Of a stretch of 64,000 nt of DNA, positions 29,022-39,765 are shown in pieces. The notes under the pieces are model-generated. The model had not been told where the DNA came from and did no database searches. It saw nothing but the letters and a program-made list of their open reading frames with translations. Position 1 is the first letter of the stretch. Each line of letters opens with the position of its first letter. Position numbers and translations under genes: made by a program. The stretch is from Planctomycetota bacterium (GTDB lineage Bacteria; Planctomycetota; B15-G4; SIAN01), in the NCBI GenBank assembly GCA_031409275.1, contig JANNXA010000043.1, forward strand, positions 1-64,000, read 5' to 3'.

Positions 29022-30126
29022 ATCGCCGCTGCGGCGTTGGCGTCGACGTCTCGTGAAGGGGTTGCTCGGGACGCTGGGCGCGGTGGCGCTGCTGGCCACG
29101 ATCGAGGGGCTGATCTCGTTCGCGATCGTGGCACGCTCGATCGCCAACAAGACCAGCCCGATCCTGCGCGCCTCGCGCCAGAAGATGACACGCTTCGACG
29201 CCGAACTGGGCTGGTCGCCGACTCCAGGCCACCGCGATCCCGATGCCTTGGGTCCCGGTCGCGCCACTTCGATCGGCGCGCAAGGTTTCCGCGGCATGCG
29301 TCCGGTCACGCCGCAAGTCGAGCCGGGGCGATTGCGCGTCGTGATCGCTGGCGACTCGTTCGCGTTCGGGACCGGAGTCGCCGACGAGGAGACCTGGGCG
29401 CGCGGTCTCGAGCGGGTGGAGCCGAAGCTCGAGACGGTGAATCTCGCGGTGGGCGGCTACGGTTGCGATCAGGCGTTCCTGCGCTACCGCCGCGACGGCG
29501 CAGCGCTCGAGCACCAGATCGTGCTGTTCTGCTTCATCACGGAAGATCTGCGACGCATGGTGGTGCCGCCCGAGTGGGGCGCCGAGAAGCCGCACCTCGT
29601 CGTGCGCGACGGCGTGCTGGCCGTGGCGGGCGTGCCGGTGAAGCAAGTCGATCCGACGTTGCGCTTCCTGCGCCAGGCCGGAACCTTCGTCCAGGAATTG
29701 CGCCTCGTGCAACTGCTCGATCGGGCGATCGGCTCGGCCGCGCCGCGCCCCGCGCTGTCGCAGGATGGCGCGCTGCGCGAGCTGTCGCGCGCGCTGTTCG
29801 CCGAGTTGGCGACGCTCGCCAAGACGCGTGGCGCGCACCTCGTCGTCCTCCATCTGCCGGTCGAGAGCGAGCGCGGCGGTGGCAGCATCGACACGCTGGC
29901 ACCGGAGCTTGCGCAGCATGTGCGCGCGCAGGGCGGCGACTGGATCGACCTGCTGGACGAGTTCCGCGGCCTGAACGAGTCGGACCACGCTGCGCTTTTC
30001 CTGCGCGCGCCTGAGTACGGTGCGGGCCACTACAACGTCTCGGGTTGCGCGCGCGTCGCCGACTGGGTGCACGCCAGGTTGAGCGCGCTGCCGGTGCCGT
30101 CCACGCACCTCGCCGACGGTCGCTGA
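28981..30126 (+). CDS. Membrane-anchored SGNH/GDSL hydrolase-like protein
   Basis: GDSFAFG, NLAVGGY and GHYN motifs. Start uncertain. Confidence 0.75.
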   Translation: MAMRCTSPKPRLDESPLRRWRRRLVKGLLGTLGAVALLATIEGLISFAIVARSIANKTSPILRASRQKMTRFDAELGWSPTPGHRDPDALGPGRATSIGAQGFRGMRPVTPQVEPGRLRVVIAGDSFAFGTGVADEETWARGLERVEPKLETVNLAVGGYGCDQAFLRYRRDGAALEHQIVLFCFITEDLRRMVVPPEWGAEKPHLVVRDGVLAVAGVPVKQVDPTLRFLRQAGTFVQELRLVQLLDRAIGSAAPRPALSQDGALRELSRALFAELATLAKTRGAHLVVLHLPVESERGGGSIDTLAPELAQHVRAQGGDWIDLLDEFRGLNESDHAALFLRAPEYGAGHYNVSGCARVADWVHARLSALPVPSTHLADGR

Positions 30127-30138
30127 AGCGCTCGCGGT

Positions 30139-30864
30139 TCAGGGTGTCGAAGGCTCCTTCACGACCAGCACTTCGTCGAGCGTCTTGCGGGTGAGGTCGG
30201 GCACCAGTGCATTCGCGGCTGGATAGCCCACCGGCAGCAGCAGGAACGCCTTCTCGTTGCGCGGCCGCTCGAGGATCTCGGCGAGGAACCCCATCGGGCT
30301 TGGCGTGTGGGTCAGCGTGACGAGGCCCGCGGCATGGACGGCCGCGAGGAAGAAGCCCGCGGCGATCCCGACCGACTCGTTCACGTAGTAGTGCTTCGCG
30401 GTCGTCCCGTCCGCGCGCAGCGCGTGCTCCTGCTTGAAGAGCACGACCAACCATGGAGCGGTCTCGAGGAACGGCTTCTCCCAGGTCGTGCCGAGCGGCG
30501 CGAGGTCGCGTCGCCACTCCTCCGACATGCGGCCGCCGTACGCGAGCTGCTCTTCGTGCTCGGCGGCGACGCGGATCTTCCGCTTGAGCAGCGGATCGGC
30601 GACGGCGACAAAGGTCCACGGCTGTTTGTGGGCACCGGACGGAGCGCTCGCCGCAGCGCGCACCAGCTCCTCGATCACCACGCGTGCGACTGGCGCGTCG
30701 CTGAAGTCGCGAATCGAGCGGCGCGTCGCGAGCGCCATCCGGAAACGGGTCGCTGCCGCAAGCACCTCATCTGGCGTGCGCACGGTCCCGTCGTAGCGAA
30801 CGAAGCGGGATCTCAGGGCGTCGTCGACTTCGTCTCGACCGCGAGGAGGCTCTGACGCAGGCAT
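30139..30864 (-). CDS. Nitroreductase family, iodotyrosine deiodinase (IYD)-like flavoprotein
   Basis: RRSIRDFS, APSGAHKQPW, EE..Y.GRM..EW..DL.PLGT.WEKPFL, YYVNESVG and LTHTPSPM. Confidence 0.85.
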   Translation of the reverse strand: MPASEPPRGRDEVDDALRSRFVRYDGTVRTPDEVLAAATRFRMALATRRSIRDFSDAPVARVVIEELVRAAASAPSGAHKQPWTFVAVADPLLKRKIRVAAEHEEQLAYGGRMSEEWRRDLAPLGTTWEKPFLETAPWLVVLFKQEHALRADGTTAKHYYVNESVGIAAGFFLAAVHAAGLVTLTHTPSPMGFLAEILERPRNEKAFLLLPVGYPAANALVPDLTRKTLDEVLVVKEPSTP

Positions 30865-32981
30865 CGCTCGAGTTCCAGGAGGCCAAACGGCTTCTGCAGG
30901 AAGCCGGCCAGTCCGGCGCCTTGGAAGCGCTCGAGCGCGTCGCCCGCCGAGTATCCGGTCATCAGCACGACGCGCAGCTTCGGGCGCAGGCGGCGCATGC
31001 TACGGAAGACCTCCTCGCCCGACATGCGCGGCATCGTGAGGTCGAGCAGGACCAGGCTCACCGTGTCGCCAAGGTCGTTCAACGCGCGCAGCGCCTCCGC
31101 GCCGCCGGCGACGGGATGCGCGGTGAAGCCGATGCGCTCCAGCATGCGCGTCGTCGCGGCGCGCACCATCGGCTCGTCTTCGACCAGCAGCACGACGCCG
31201 CGGAGCGCTCCTTGCCCGGCGGCTTTCGCCGGCGGCGCGGGGACGACGCTGGGCGTCGGGGCGCCGTCCACGGCGGCCGTCGGCAGCAGCAGGCGGAAGC
31301 GGCTGCCGCGACCGGGAGCGCTGCGCACGGTCAATGCCCCGCGATGGCCGCGCGCGATGCCATGCGCCACCGCCAGACCCAGCCCGCGTCCCGGCTCCTT
31401 GGTGCTGAAGAACGGCTCGAAGATGCGACCAAGCGCCTTCTCATCGATGCCGCAGCCGTCGTCGCCGACCTCGACGAAGAGATGCTCGCCGTCCTCGAGG
31501 TCAGCGGTCGCTCGCAACGCCTGGCGTGCCGCGCCATCGATGGCGATCCGCCCGGTCGCGAGGCGCAGCCGGCCACCGCTGGCGGGAAGCGCTTCGATGG
31601 CATTCCGCACGAGCAGCTCGACGAGCTGCGTGAGTCGCGCGCCGTCCCCCTTCACCGCGGGCAACGACCGCGCGAGGTCGAGCTCGACCCGAACGGTTGG
31701 CGGCAGCGACGCGAGCAGTGGCTGCGCCGCGAGTTGGGCGAGATCGGAGAGGTCGTGCGGTTGCGGGTCGCGGATGCAGTGTCCCGCGCACGCCAGCATC
31801 TGCTGCGCGACTTCGGCGGCACTCCGCGTGGAACGCTCGATCGCCTCGAGGTGGCGGGCGAGGCTCGAGTGTTCCGTCGTCTCGATGTCCGTTCGCGCCA
31901 TCGTCACGTGGCCGAGCACCCCCGTGAGGCGGTTGTTGAGGTCGTGCGCGAGCCCCGCCGCCAGGACTCCGAGCCCCTCGTTCTTGCGGGCCTCGAACAG
32001 CTCGCGTTCGGCCGCGCGACGCTTCTCGTCGGAATCGCGCCACTCGATCTCGGCGGCGATGCGGTCGGCGTAGAGGCGCGCGATCGGCAACTGCGCCAGC
32101 CGCTCACTCAGCGGCTGATCGTGCAGCACGCTCACGTGGCCGAGCAGACGTCCATCACGTGCCCGAATCTGGAGCCCGAGGTACGCGCGAGCAGGCAGCA
32201 GTCGCAACAACGGCCAATCGGGGAAGCGCTGCGCGAATCCATCGGCCACCAGGAACGTCGGCTGCTGGTAGACGACGGCGCACGGCGTGCCTTCGAGGTT
32301 CGCCTCGCCGCCCGCCACCGACCCGCCATCGACGATGATCGCGGAGGTGCGGACGTGGCCGGGGCGTTGCGGCAGCAGCTCGCACACGAAGCCGGCACGA
32401 ACGTGCAACGCCCGCGCCAGCGAACGGGTCAATCCCTCGATGACGTCGTGGCCGTGACGGCCATCGGCGACCGCGACCAGCTCTTCGAGCTCGTGGATCG
32501 CGCGCCGAGCCGCCAGTTCGCCGGAAACGCGCACCTCGAACAGCTTGAGCTTCGCGATGCGCGCCGCGGGATCGCTGCACGGTTCTCGATCGATCACGGT
32601 CAGGCTGCCAAGCGAGCGACCCGCCTCATCGGTGAGCCGCAGCCCGACGAAGCTATTCGCTCCGAGCGTCTTCAGGACGGCCAGATCAGGGAATGCGGCC
32701 TGCAGGTCGCTCGGGTAGACGCACTCGCCGCGTGCCAAGGTCTGCTCGCACGGCGTTCCCGCCAGATCGAGTTCGAGCGGGTCGTCGATATCTGCGCCTG
32801 CATGGCTCGCGGCCGCGACGCGCAGACGCTCCCACCCCGCGCCGACGCGCTCCCACACGATGACCCACTCGCACCCGAGCGCGCGCGCGAGGTGATGGAC
32901 CACCCAGCGGAGGAACGGAGTTCCGGGTGCGCAGCGAAGACCCTGCGAGAGTTCGACTGTGAGTTCATCTGGCGTGGGCAT
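30813..32981 (-). CDS. Hybrid sensor histidine kinase (2x GAF, HisKA, HATPase, REC)
   Basis: Two GTPC-containing GAF repeats; AHDLNN H-box; DDGCG, FFSTK and GLGL boxes; LVEDE...LDLTMP...QKPF receiver. Confidence 0.9.
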   Translation of the reverse strand: MPTPDELTVELSQGLRCAPGTPFLRWVVHHLARALGCEWVIVWERVGAGWERLRVAAASHAGADIDDPLELDLAGTPCEQTLARGECVYPSDLQAAFPDLAVLKTLGANSFVGLRLTDEAGRSLGSLTVIDREPCSDPAARIAKLKLFEVRVSGELAARRAIHELEELVAVADGRHGHDVIEGLTRSLARALHVRAGFVCELLPQRPGHVRTSAIIVDGGSVAGGEANLEGTPCAVVYQQPTFLVADGFAQRFPDWPLLRLLPARAYLGLQIRARDGRLLGHVSVLHDQPLSERLAQLPIARLYADRIAAEIEWRDSDEKRRAAERELFEARKNEGLGVLAAGLAHDLNNRLTGVLGHVTMARTDIETTEHSSLARHLEAIERSTRSAAEVAQQMLACAGHCIRDPQPHDLSDLAQLAAQPLLASLPPTVRVELDLARSLPAVKGDGARLTQLVELLVRNAIEALPASGGRLRLATGRIAIDGAARQALRATADLEDGEHLFVEVGDDGCGIDEKALGRIFEPFFSTKEPGRGLGLAVAHGIARGHRGALTVRSAPGRGSRFRLLLPTAAVDGAPTPSVVPAPPAKAAGQGALRGVVLLVEDEPMVRAATTRMLERIGFTAHPVAGGAEALRALNDLGDTVSLVLLDLTMPRMSGEEVFRSMRRLRPKLRVVLMTGYSAGDALERFQGAGLAGFLQKPFGLLELERCLRQSLLAVETKSTTP

Positions 32982-33099
32982 CGCTCGCTCGTCGGACCGC
33001 CTGGCGCGGAACCAACGAAGATCTTCGGATCGAGGTGCGCTGCGAGGAAGTCGTGAAAACCCCCGACGCAGCCAGCGTTCCTAGGTAGTTCGTCGGGGG

Positions 33100-36000
33100 C
33101 TATTGCCGCAGCGTCTCGAGCCAGCTCACGAGGTCGGCGAGTTCCTGGCGTCGCAGCGGTTCCGCGAGTCCGCTCGGCATCGCGGAGAGCTTGCTCTCCT
33201 TGCGCGAACGCACCTGGTCGGTGCGCAGCGTCCGCGGCCGAGCGGTCGCATCGACCATCGTCAGCACTCCTTCCGCTTCCTTCGTGATGAGTCCGCTGAT
33301 CACGTCGCCGTCCGCCAGCACGAGGTTGGTCGCGCGGTAGCCGTCCTGGATGCGCTGCGACGGTTCGAGGATCGAGGTGATCAGCTCGGCGCGCGGATAC
33401 TTCGTGCCGACGTCGCGCAGGTCGGGGCCCACGAGCGGTCCGACCCCTGCGACGGCGTGGCAACGAAAGCAGCCTGGCCCCTGTTCCGAGAAGAAGAGCG
33501 CCTTGCCACGCGTCGGGTCGCCGCGATTCACCACAGCGAACTCGCGCCATGTCGCGAGGTCGAAGGCGATCTCCGCCGGGCCGGCGGCGGCGGTGGCACC
33601 GTCGAAGAGCGGGCCGGTCGATTCCTCGCTCACCTTGACGTTGAACGCCCAGTCGCCGCCGTTCTGTTCGATTCGCAGGAGCAGCTCGTTGCGTCCGGCG
33701 ACCAGCGCCACCTGGAAGCGATCCTGATCGGGGCCCCATGCACGGTCGCCGAGGTTGCTGTGCACCAGCGTGCCGTTGCACCAGACCGTGACGCCATCGT
33801 CGCTGCCCAGCGAGACCTGGGCTGCGCGGGCGCGCGTCGAGTCGAAGGTGGCGCGCGCGTAGGCCGCAACGTGGTCCCGCGGCGCGAGGCGCTGCTTCAA
33901 GTCGACGAAGCCGTGCGGCAATGCGGCGGTGACGTCGACGCGAGTGGCTGACGCGGTCGCGAAATCGGCCGGGCTCGCCAGCGCCACCTCGCGTTCGAAC
34001 GGGCCGAGCAGCTGCCACGCGAGCAGCGGCTGCGGGACGTCGTAGATCTCGCGCACCTGAGCCAGCGCGTCGCCCGCCAGCACGCCGCGGGTGGCCAGCT
34101 TCTCGAGTTCGCCGCGCACCTCGTGACGCAGCGCGATCAGGGCGCCGCGACAGGCGGCCTGCTCTTCCGGGCTGCCCGAAAGTCCGGCGACGAAACTGCC
34201 AAGCTCCGTGCGCTGCGGCCATTGCGACAACCCGATCCGCGCGGCGCGAACGACGGCGGCATCAGTGTCATCGAGCGCGTGTCGCAACTCCTCGCCCGCC
34301 CCCGAACCCAGCAGCGTCGCGAGCGACGTCACGGCCGCCGCCCGCACGACCGCAGCGGAGTCGGCGAGCTGCGCTCGCAGCCAATCGACCGCGTCCGTGT
34401 CGCGCAGCTCGGCCAGCAATGCGATCCGTTGCGCTCGCTCCGCCAGATCGGTGCACTGTTGCGCGAGCCGACGCAGCGGCGGCAGCAGCGCGGGGGAGCG
34501 AGTCAGACGAGCGATGGTGGCGAGCGTTTCGCGCAGCTCCGGCGGCGGGTCGCCCTCGAAGGCGCGCTGGATCACGGCGGCGATGCGAGCGGTTCCTTCC
34601 CAGCGCTCGCTCTTCGCGGGCGGGGGGTTCTTCGCCGGCTGCGTCAGCCACCACTTGCCATCCCACGGTGGCGCGCGCTTCTCCACCTCGGCGAGCGTGA
34701 GGAGTGCCTGCGCGCGCAGCTGCGGCGCGACGGTGCTCTTCTCGACGGCTGCGATCAGCGCATCGACGAGGCGCAAGTCGTAGAGCTCGCGCAGCGCGAG
34801 CCACAGCTCCGCCTGGGCCGCGGGATTCGTCACGACGACGAACTTCTGCAGCAGCAGCTTGGCGTCGAACTCGGGGCGCGACACCAGCGCGCGCAACGCC
34901 TGGCGGCTGGCGAAGCGGAGGAAACGGTCGTCGCTGGTCGTGAGCGTCTCGATCAGCGGCTCGGTTGCCGTCACGTCCCCGCGCCGGCCGAGCGCGATCG
35001 CCGCTTCACGTCGCGCCACCGGTTCCGACGTCGCGGCGAGCAGCGTGCGCAGCCAACTCACCATCGATTCGCTGGTCGAGCGCAGCTGGCCGAGCGCGCG
35101 CGCCAGCTGGGCCCGGTCGTCGCCGCGACCGGCTTCGGTCCGGATCGAAGCGGCCAGCGACTGCAGCCTGCCGGCGGCATCGGCGCCGACGCTTCCGCTC
35201 GCGCGACTCGCCTCGGCGAGCGCCCAGATCGCGTGCCGCCGCGCCCGCTCGTCGAGGTTCTGCGTGGCGGTGGCGGCGATCGCATGCAGCAGCGTCGGGT
35301 CGATCACGGCGCGCGCCGTGAGCTCGCGTTGCGCGGCGACGCGGCGGCGAAAGCTGGGATGCGCGAGGTTGGCCAGGAGGCCCGCCACCGTGGCTTTCGC
35401 GCGCGCGGCGAGGGTGCCGTCGACGAGGTCCCCGATCGGCATCGGGCCGGCGAGGTCGGGCTCCTGACGGACGCGCCAGACGTGCCCAGCCACGTCCGGC
35501 GTCGTCCAGCCCGGATGGTTCCAGTCGGCGACGTAGAGGTAGCGGCCGTCGGGGCTTTCACACAGATCGAGCGGCCGCAGCTCGCCGCTGCCGCCGGCGG
35601 CGAGGAAGTCGCTGCTGCCCGTGCAGCGAAAGGTCGCGCCATCGCGCTCGACCGTGTAGCGACGCACGACGCGATCGGTCCAGTCGCATGCCAGCACGGC
35701 GCCGCGATACTCCGAAGGCCACGCCGCCTCGCGATAGACCAGAGAGCCGACGCCCGACCCGCCGCCATCGTCCTTCATGCACGGCAGCATCCGCTCGGGA
35801 TGGTCGTGGTAGTCGTAGGGGTAGCCGTAGTAGCCGGTCGGCATCACGTGGGTGAAGCGCGTCCACCAGCCGAGCCCGTCGTCGGTGTTGTCGTAGGTGA
35901 AGATCTCGTCGCGTTCGTCGAGCGCGACATCGAGGTGGTTGCGCGTGCCGGTCGCCACGACTTCGAGCTGCGTCCCGTCGGGACGGACGCGCACCACGCC

Positions 36001-36591
36001 GCCGCCATGCAACTGGATCGTGCTGCCATCGACGCCATGCGCGCCGGGCACCCCCTTGTCGCCGACCGACACGTAGAGCCAGCCGTCCATGCCGAGCCGC
36101 AGCCCCGACACGATGTGGTCGTTGAAGCCGCCCGGCCACCCCGGCGCGTTGGGGCCGAGGTCGGTGAGGAGCTCGCGGCGCTCTTCGGCGACACCATCGC
36201 CATTGCGGTCACGCAGCACCGTGAGGTGCGGCATGTTCATCACGTAGATCGCGTCGTCGATCTCCTGGATCCCCATCACGGCAAAGAGGCGATCGCAGAA
36301 GAGCGTGCGCACGTAGCTGCCGTCGGCCGCGAACCGCAGCAGCCAGATCTTGTCGATCGGCTGATCGGCCGGGCCCGGCATGTCCATCGCGTCCTCGGCC
36401 ACCAGCAGTGCGCCGTCCTCGCGACAGTGGACCGCCGAAGGCCACTTCACCTGCGGATGGGAGACGACGAGGTCGACGGCGAAGCCCGGCGGCGCGGTGG
36501 GCGCCTCTGCGATGCTGCGGACCCGTTCCGAGGCGGCGAGGGGGGTGTCCTGCGCGAGCGTGGCGATCAGCGCGAGAAGAGGCGTGGGCAC
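33100..36591 (-). CDS. PVC-type heme-binding CxxCH protein (GSDH-like propeller, HEAT repeats, C-terminal cytochrome c)
   Basis: PPGFAVDLV, DRNGDGVAE, GMDGWLY and GTRNH; HEAT repeats; CFRCH...VGPDL...SAMPSGL. GTG start inferred. Confidence 0.88.
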   Translation of the reverse strand: MPTPLLALIATLAQDTPLAASERVRSIAEAPTAPPGFAVDLVVSHPQVKWPSAVHCREDGALLVAEDAMDMPGPADQPIDKIWLLRFAADGSYVRTLFCDRLFAVMGIQEIDDAIYVMNMPHLTVLRDRNGDGVAEERRELLTDLGPNAPGWPGGFNDHIVSGLRLGMDGWLYVSVGDKGVPGAHGVDGSTIQLHGGGVVRVRPDGTQLEVVATGTRNHLDVALDERDEIFTYDNTDDGLGWWTRFTHVMPTGYYGYPYDYHDHPERMLPCMKDDGGGSGVGSLVYREAAWPSEYRGAVLACDWTDRVVRRYTVERDGATFRCTGSSDFLAAGGSGELRPLDLCESPDGRYLYVADWNHPGWTTPDVAGHVWRVRQEPDLAGPMPIGDLVDGTLAARAKATVAGLLANLAHPSFRRRVAAQRELTARAVIDPTLLHAIAATATQNLDERARRHAIWALAEASRASGSVGADAAGRLQSLAASIRTEAGRGDDRAQLARALGQLRSTSESMVSWLRTLLAATSEPVARREAAIALGRRGDVTATEPLIETLTTSDDRFLRFASRQALRALVSRPEFDAKLLLQKFVVVTNPAAQAELWLALRELYDLRLVDALIAAVEKSTVAPQLRAQALLTLAEVEKRAPPWDGKWWLTQPAKNPPPAKSERWEGTARIAAVIQRAFEGDPPPELRETLATIARLTRSPALLPPLRRLAQQCTDLAERAQRIALLAELRDTDAVDWLRAQLADSAAVVRAAAVTSLATLLGSGAGEELRHALDDTDAAVVRAARIGLSQWPQRTELGSFVAGLSGSPEEQAACRGALIALRHEVRGELEKLATRGVLAGDALAQVREIYDVPQPLLAWQLLGPFEREVALASPADFATASATRVDVTAALPHGFVDLKQRLAPRDHVAAYARATFDSTRARAAQVSLGSDDGVTVWCNGTLVHSNLGDRAWGPDQDRFQVALVAGRNELLLRIEQNGGDWAFNVKVSEESTGPLFDGATAAAGPAEIAFDLATWREFAVVNRGDPTRGKALFFSEQGPGCFRCHAVAGVGPLVGPDLRDVGTKYPRAELITSILEPSQRIQDGYRATNLVLADGDVISGLITKEAEGVLTMVDATARPRTLRTDQVRSRKESKLSAMPSGLAEPLRRQELADLVSWLETLRQ

Positions 36592-36774
36592 CGTGCGGCT
36601 CCGACGAGGCGGGGAGGGAAACGGTCGCGATCGGCGATGCGGTCGGCGCCCCACTCTGCCGGACCGTTGGCGACGCGCAAGGCACGTTCGCGTCGCGCGA
36701 ATCGCGGTGGCAGACTGCGCCGCGGCACGATCTGGAAGCGCGAGATTGCAAGGGCCTCGACGAGGAGCGAAGTG

Positions 36775-37650
36775 ATGACGAGCGGAATCCTGGTGCGTTG
36801 GTGCAGTTGGATCGTGGCAGCGGCGGTTTCTGCCAATGGGGTGACGATGGGGCAGGGCGCGCCCGCGGCGACTGCGCCAGCGCAGGGCAAGCCCGCCGGC
36901 ACCACCGGCGTCCTCTCCGAAGAGGAGTTCGCCAAGCTCCACACGCTGAAGGCCGAGGAAGCGCCCGCGCCGCTCGGGACGATGGTCGATCTCGCGGATG
37001 GCACCAAGGGCTACCTCGCGCTGCCGGAAGGTTGGAAGCCGGGCGGGCCGGCGATGGTGGTGATCCACGAGTGGTGGGGACTCAACTCCCACATCAAGCA
37101 CTGGGCTGATCGCTTCACCGCCACGGGTCGCGCCGCGCTCGCCGTCGATCTCTATGGCGGACAGGTGGCGAGCGCTCCGAAGGACGCCATGGCGATGATG
37201 CGCGCAGTCGACGAGAAGAAGGCCGTCGCCACGATGTTGTCGGGACTCGCGTTCCTGAAAGAGGATGCGCGCGTCAAGGCGGGCAAGTGCGGCTCGATCG
37301 GCTGGTGCTTCGGCGGCGGCATGTCGCTGCAGCTCGCGCTGCATGCGCCGACGCTCGACGCGGCGGTGATGTACTACGGCAAGCCGGTCACCGATGCCGC
37401 CGAACTGAAGCAGCTGAAGGCGCCGTTGCTCGGCATCTTCGGCGAGCGTGATGCCGCCTTCCCGCCCGCGTTGATCGAGCAGTTCAAGGCGGGGCTGACC
37501 ACGGCGGGCGCTGCCGGCGCGATCCATCTGTTCCCGGCGGATCACGCTTTCGCCAACCCGTCCGGCGCGAAGTACGACGCCAAGGCGGCCGCGGCGGCAT
37601 GGGCGAAGGTGCAGGCCTTCCTCGACGACAAGCTGCCAGTCGTGAAGTGA
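36775..37650 (+). CDS. Dienelactone hydrolase family protein
   Basis: IHEWWGLN, GWCFGG nucleophile motif and HAFANP; GAGGAG RBS upstream. Confidence 0.9.
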   Translation: MTSGILVRWCSWIVAAAVSANGVTMGQGAPAATAPAQGKPAGTTGVLSEEEFAKLHTLKAEEAPAPLGTMVDLADGTKGYLALPEGWKPGGPAMVVIHEWWGLNSHIKHWADRFTATGRAALAVDLYGGQVASAPKDAMAMMRAVDEKKAVATMLSGLAFLKEDARVKAGKCGSIGWCFGGGMSLQLALHAPTLDAAVMYYGKPVTDAAELKQLKAPLLGIFGERDAAFPPALIEQFKAGLTTAGAAGAIHLFPADHAFANPSGAKYDAKAAAAAWAKVQAFLDDKLPVVK

Positions 37651-37657
37651 GCGCGCG

Positions 37658-38392
37658 ATGCGACTGCGCACCGCCAACCCCGCGCTGACGGCGAAGGCGT
37701 TCCTCCAATCGCACGGGACGCTGGTGGCGCCGGCGGCGGGGATGCGGGTCGACGGCGTGCTGGTCAGGAGCACGCTGATGCTCGCGGCCCTGGTCGCGGC
37801 CGGTGTCGTCGGTTGGTGGCGTGATCCGGCGTGGTGGGCACTGCTTGGCGCTTCGATCGCTGCGGCAGTGAGTGGTGGCTTGATCGGTTCGCGGCCGGAG
37901 CGCGTCGCGTGGCTGGCGTGGCCCTACGTCCTGCTGCAGGGCTACGTCTACGGCGCCGTTTCGCGGCAGTTCGAGGCGCGCGCGCCAGGTCTCGTGCGCG
38001 ACGCGCTGCTGGTGACGCTCGGCGTGATGGTCACCATGCTCCTGATCTACCGGCTGCGCCTGATCCGCCTCGACCGCAACTTCCGCGCGATGGTTGCTTG
38101 CGCCATCGGCGGTCTCGCCACGGTCTATCTCGTGACCTTCGTCGCCAGCCTGTTCGGCGTCCAGCTGCCGTGGATGCACGAGGGGAGCGGGTGGGCGATC
38201 GCGCTGTCGATCTACGCGGTGACCGCGGCCGCCTTCAACCTCGTCTGCGATTTCGACACGATCGAGAACGCCGTCGACGCCGGAACGCCGCGCGCGATGG
38301 AGTGGTACGCGGCGTTCGGACTGACCGTATCGCTGGTGTGGCTCTACGTGGAGGTGCTGCGGTTGCTCTTCTTCTGGCGAAAGCGGCGATGA
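37658..38392 (+). CDS. Bax inhibitor-1/YccA family membrane protein
   Basis: RTANPAL, AAFNLVCDFD and EWYAAFGLTVSLVWLYVEVLRLL. Confidence 0.88.
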   Translation: MRLRTANPALTAKAFLQSHGTLVAPAAGMRVDGVLVRSTLMLAALVAAGVVGWWRDPAWWALLGASIAAAVSGGLIGSRPERVAWLAWPYVLLQGYVYGAVSRQFEARAPGLVRDALLVTLGVMVTMLLIYRLRLIRLDRNFRAMVACAIGGLATVYLVTFVASLFGVQLPWMHEGSGWAIALSIYAVTAAAFNLVCDFDTIENAVDAGTPRAMEWYAAFGLTVSLVWLYVEVLRLLFFWRKRR

Positions 38393-39765
38393 GGTGGCTG
38401 CGGTGCTCTTCGCTCGCGCTTGGCATGGCGAGCGAGCCGTCGCAGGAGGCTCCGACCGTCGAGGAGTTCTTCGCTCGGATCGAGTCGACCTACGGCGAGC
38501 TGGCCAGCGTGATCGATGGCGGCAGCCTCATCCGCAGCGACGTCGATCCAAGGCGCGAGCAGCGCTACTCGCTGGCGTTTCGCCGCGACGCGGCGGGGCA
38601 CCTCACCTTGCGCTGGGATTGGTGGGAACTCAACGACGACGGTGCGTGCACGCGGATGGTCGCCCTCCATTGCGACGATCGCGGCGCGACGACGTGGTCG
38701 AAGGAAGACGCCGCACCGCGCGAGGCCCCATCGCTCGTCGCGGCGATCGAGCGGGCGAGCGATTGCAGCGGCTACGCCCCGTTGATCGTGGCGAAGCTGC
38801 TGTGGCCGAGTGCGCTGCCGATCGTTTCGCTCGACCAGTGGGATCGGCTTCCGACAATCGCGCAGGAGGAGGTTCTGGGGCGGCGCCGTTGGACGGCGTC
38901 TCTTGCTCTCAACGGAGCAGGCGTCAGCGCGACTCTCGACGTCGCGAGCGGAACGCTGATCGAGCTGGCGGTCGTCGAAGCGGACCGTTCGCGCTGGTTG
39001 ATGCTACTGGCTCCGCGCCTCGACGCCGTCGTGGAGGAGGCGCAGCTGGAACGAGCCCGGCCACGCCCGCCAGCGGTCCCCGAGAAACCCGCCGATGAGC
39101 GGCGCCGACGCCGCCGCGAGGAGAAAGAGCGCGAACGGCAGGGCACGGCGCAGCTCCTCTCGGCGGCCGCCCTGGTGGCGGGGATCGCGTTGCTGCGGAT
39201 CGGCCTCGCGCTGTGGCGGTGGCGGCGGCCCATCGTCGTGCCGTTGTACTGGGTGTGGCCGGTCGTTGCCGCGTTCGCCTTGTACGAACTCAACCATTTC
39301 GTCGGTCGCTGGTTCGTCTCCAGCAGCATCTGGATCACCGTGGCGACCCTGGTGGGCGTCGGCTGGTTCGTGATGGCGAAGTGGCGCGAGGTGCAAACTC
39401 GGCTGGTGGTGGGCGGGATCACGTTGCGCGACGCTCACGCGCTCGCGCGCGCGGCGCTGAAGGCGTTGCGCGCGCCGGAGGACGTCACGACGGACGTCGT
39501 CGAGGACGCCGAGGAGCACACGTTGCGTCTGGGCAAGTCCGGGCCGGCGGTCCTGGTGAAACAGAATCGCGCGCTCGGGGTGGTCTGGTTCGCGATGCGG
39601 CAACCGGAGACGGAGGCACCGCGCACGGAAGTGCTCGCAGCGATCGCCAGCTGCCTGTCTTCGGAGGTGATCGACGTGCCACGCGGGATGGCCGTGCGCT
39701 ACCTGCTCGCCGGCGCGTTCTGTCTCGCGGTGGGCTCGATGTTCCTGTGGTCGACACTCCCGTGA
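38389..39765 (+). CDS. Hypothetical membrane protein (LolA-like N-terminal domain, TM C-terminal part)
   Basis: ATGA overlap; N-terminal domain resembles the next gene; several TM helices. Confidence 0.55.
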   Translation: MRWLRCSSLALGMASEPSQEAPTVEEFFARIESTYGELASVIDGGSLIRSDVDPRREQRYSLAFRRDAAGHLTLRWDWWELNDDGACTRMVALHCDDRGATTWSKEDAAPREAPSLVAAIERASDCSGYAPLIVAKLLWPSALPIVSLDQWDRLPTIAQEEVLGRRRWTASLALNGAGVSATLDVASGTLIELAVVEADRSRWLMLLAPRLDAVVEEAQLERARPRPPAVPEKPADERRRRRREEKERERQGTAQLLSAAALVAGIALLRIGLALWRWRRPIVVPLYWVWPVVAAFALYELNHFVGRWFVSSSIWITVATLVGVGWFVMAKWREVQTRLVVGGITLRDAHALARAALKALRAPEDVTTDVVEDAEEHTLRLGKSGPAVLVKQNRALGVVWFAMRQPETEAPRTEVLAAIASCLSSEVIDVPRGMAVRYLLAGAFCLAVGSMFLWSTLP

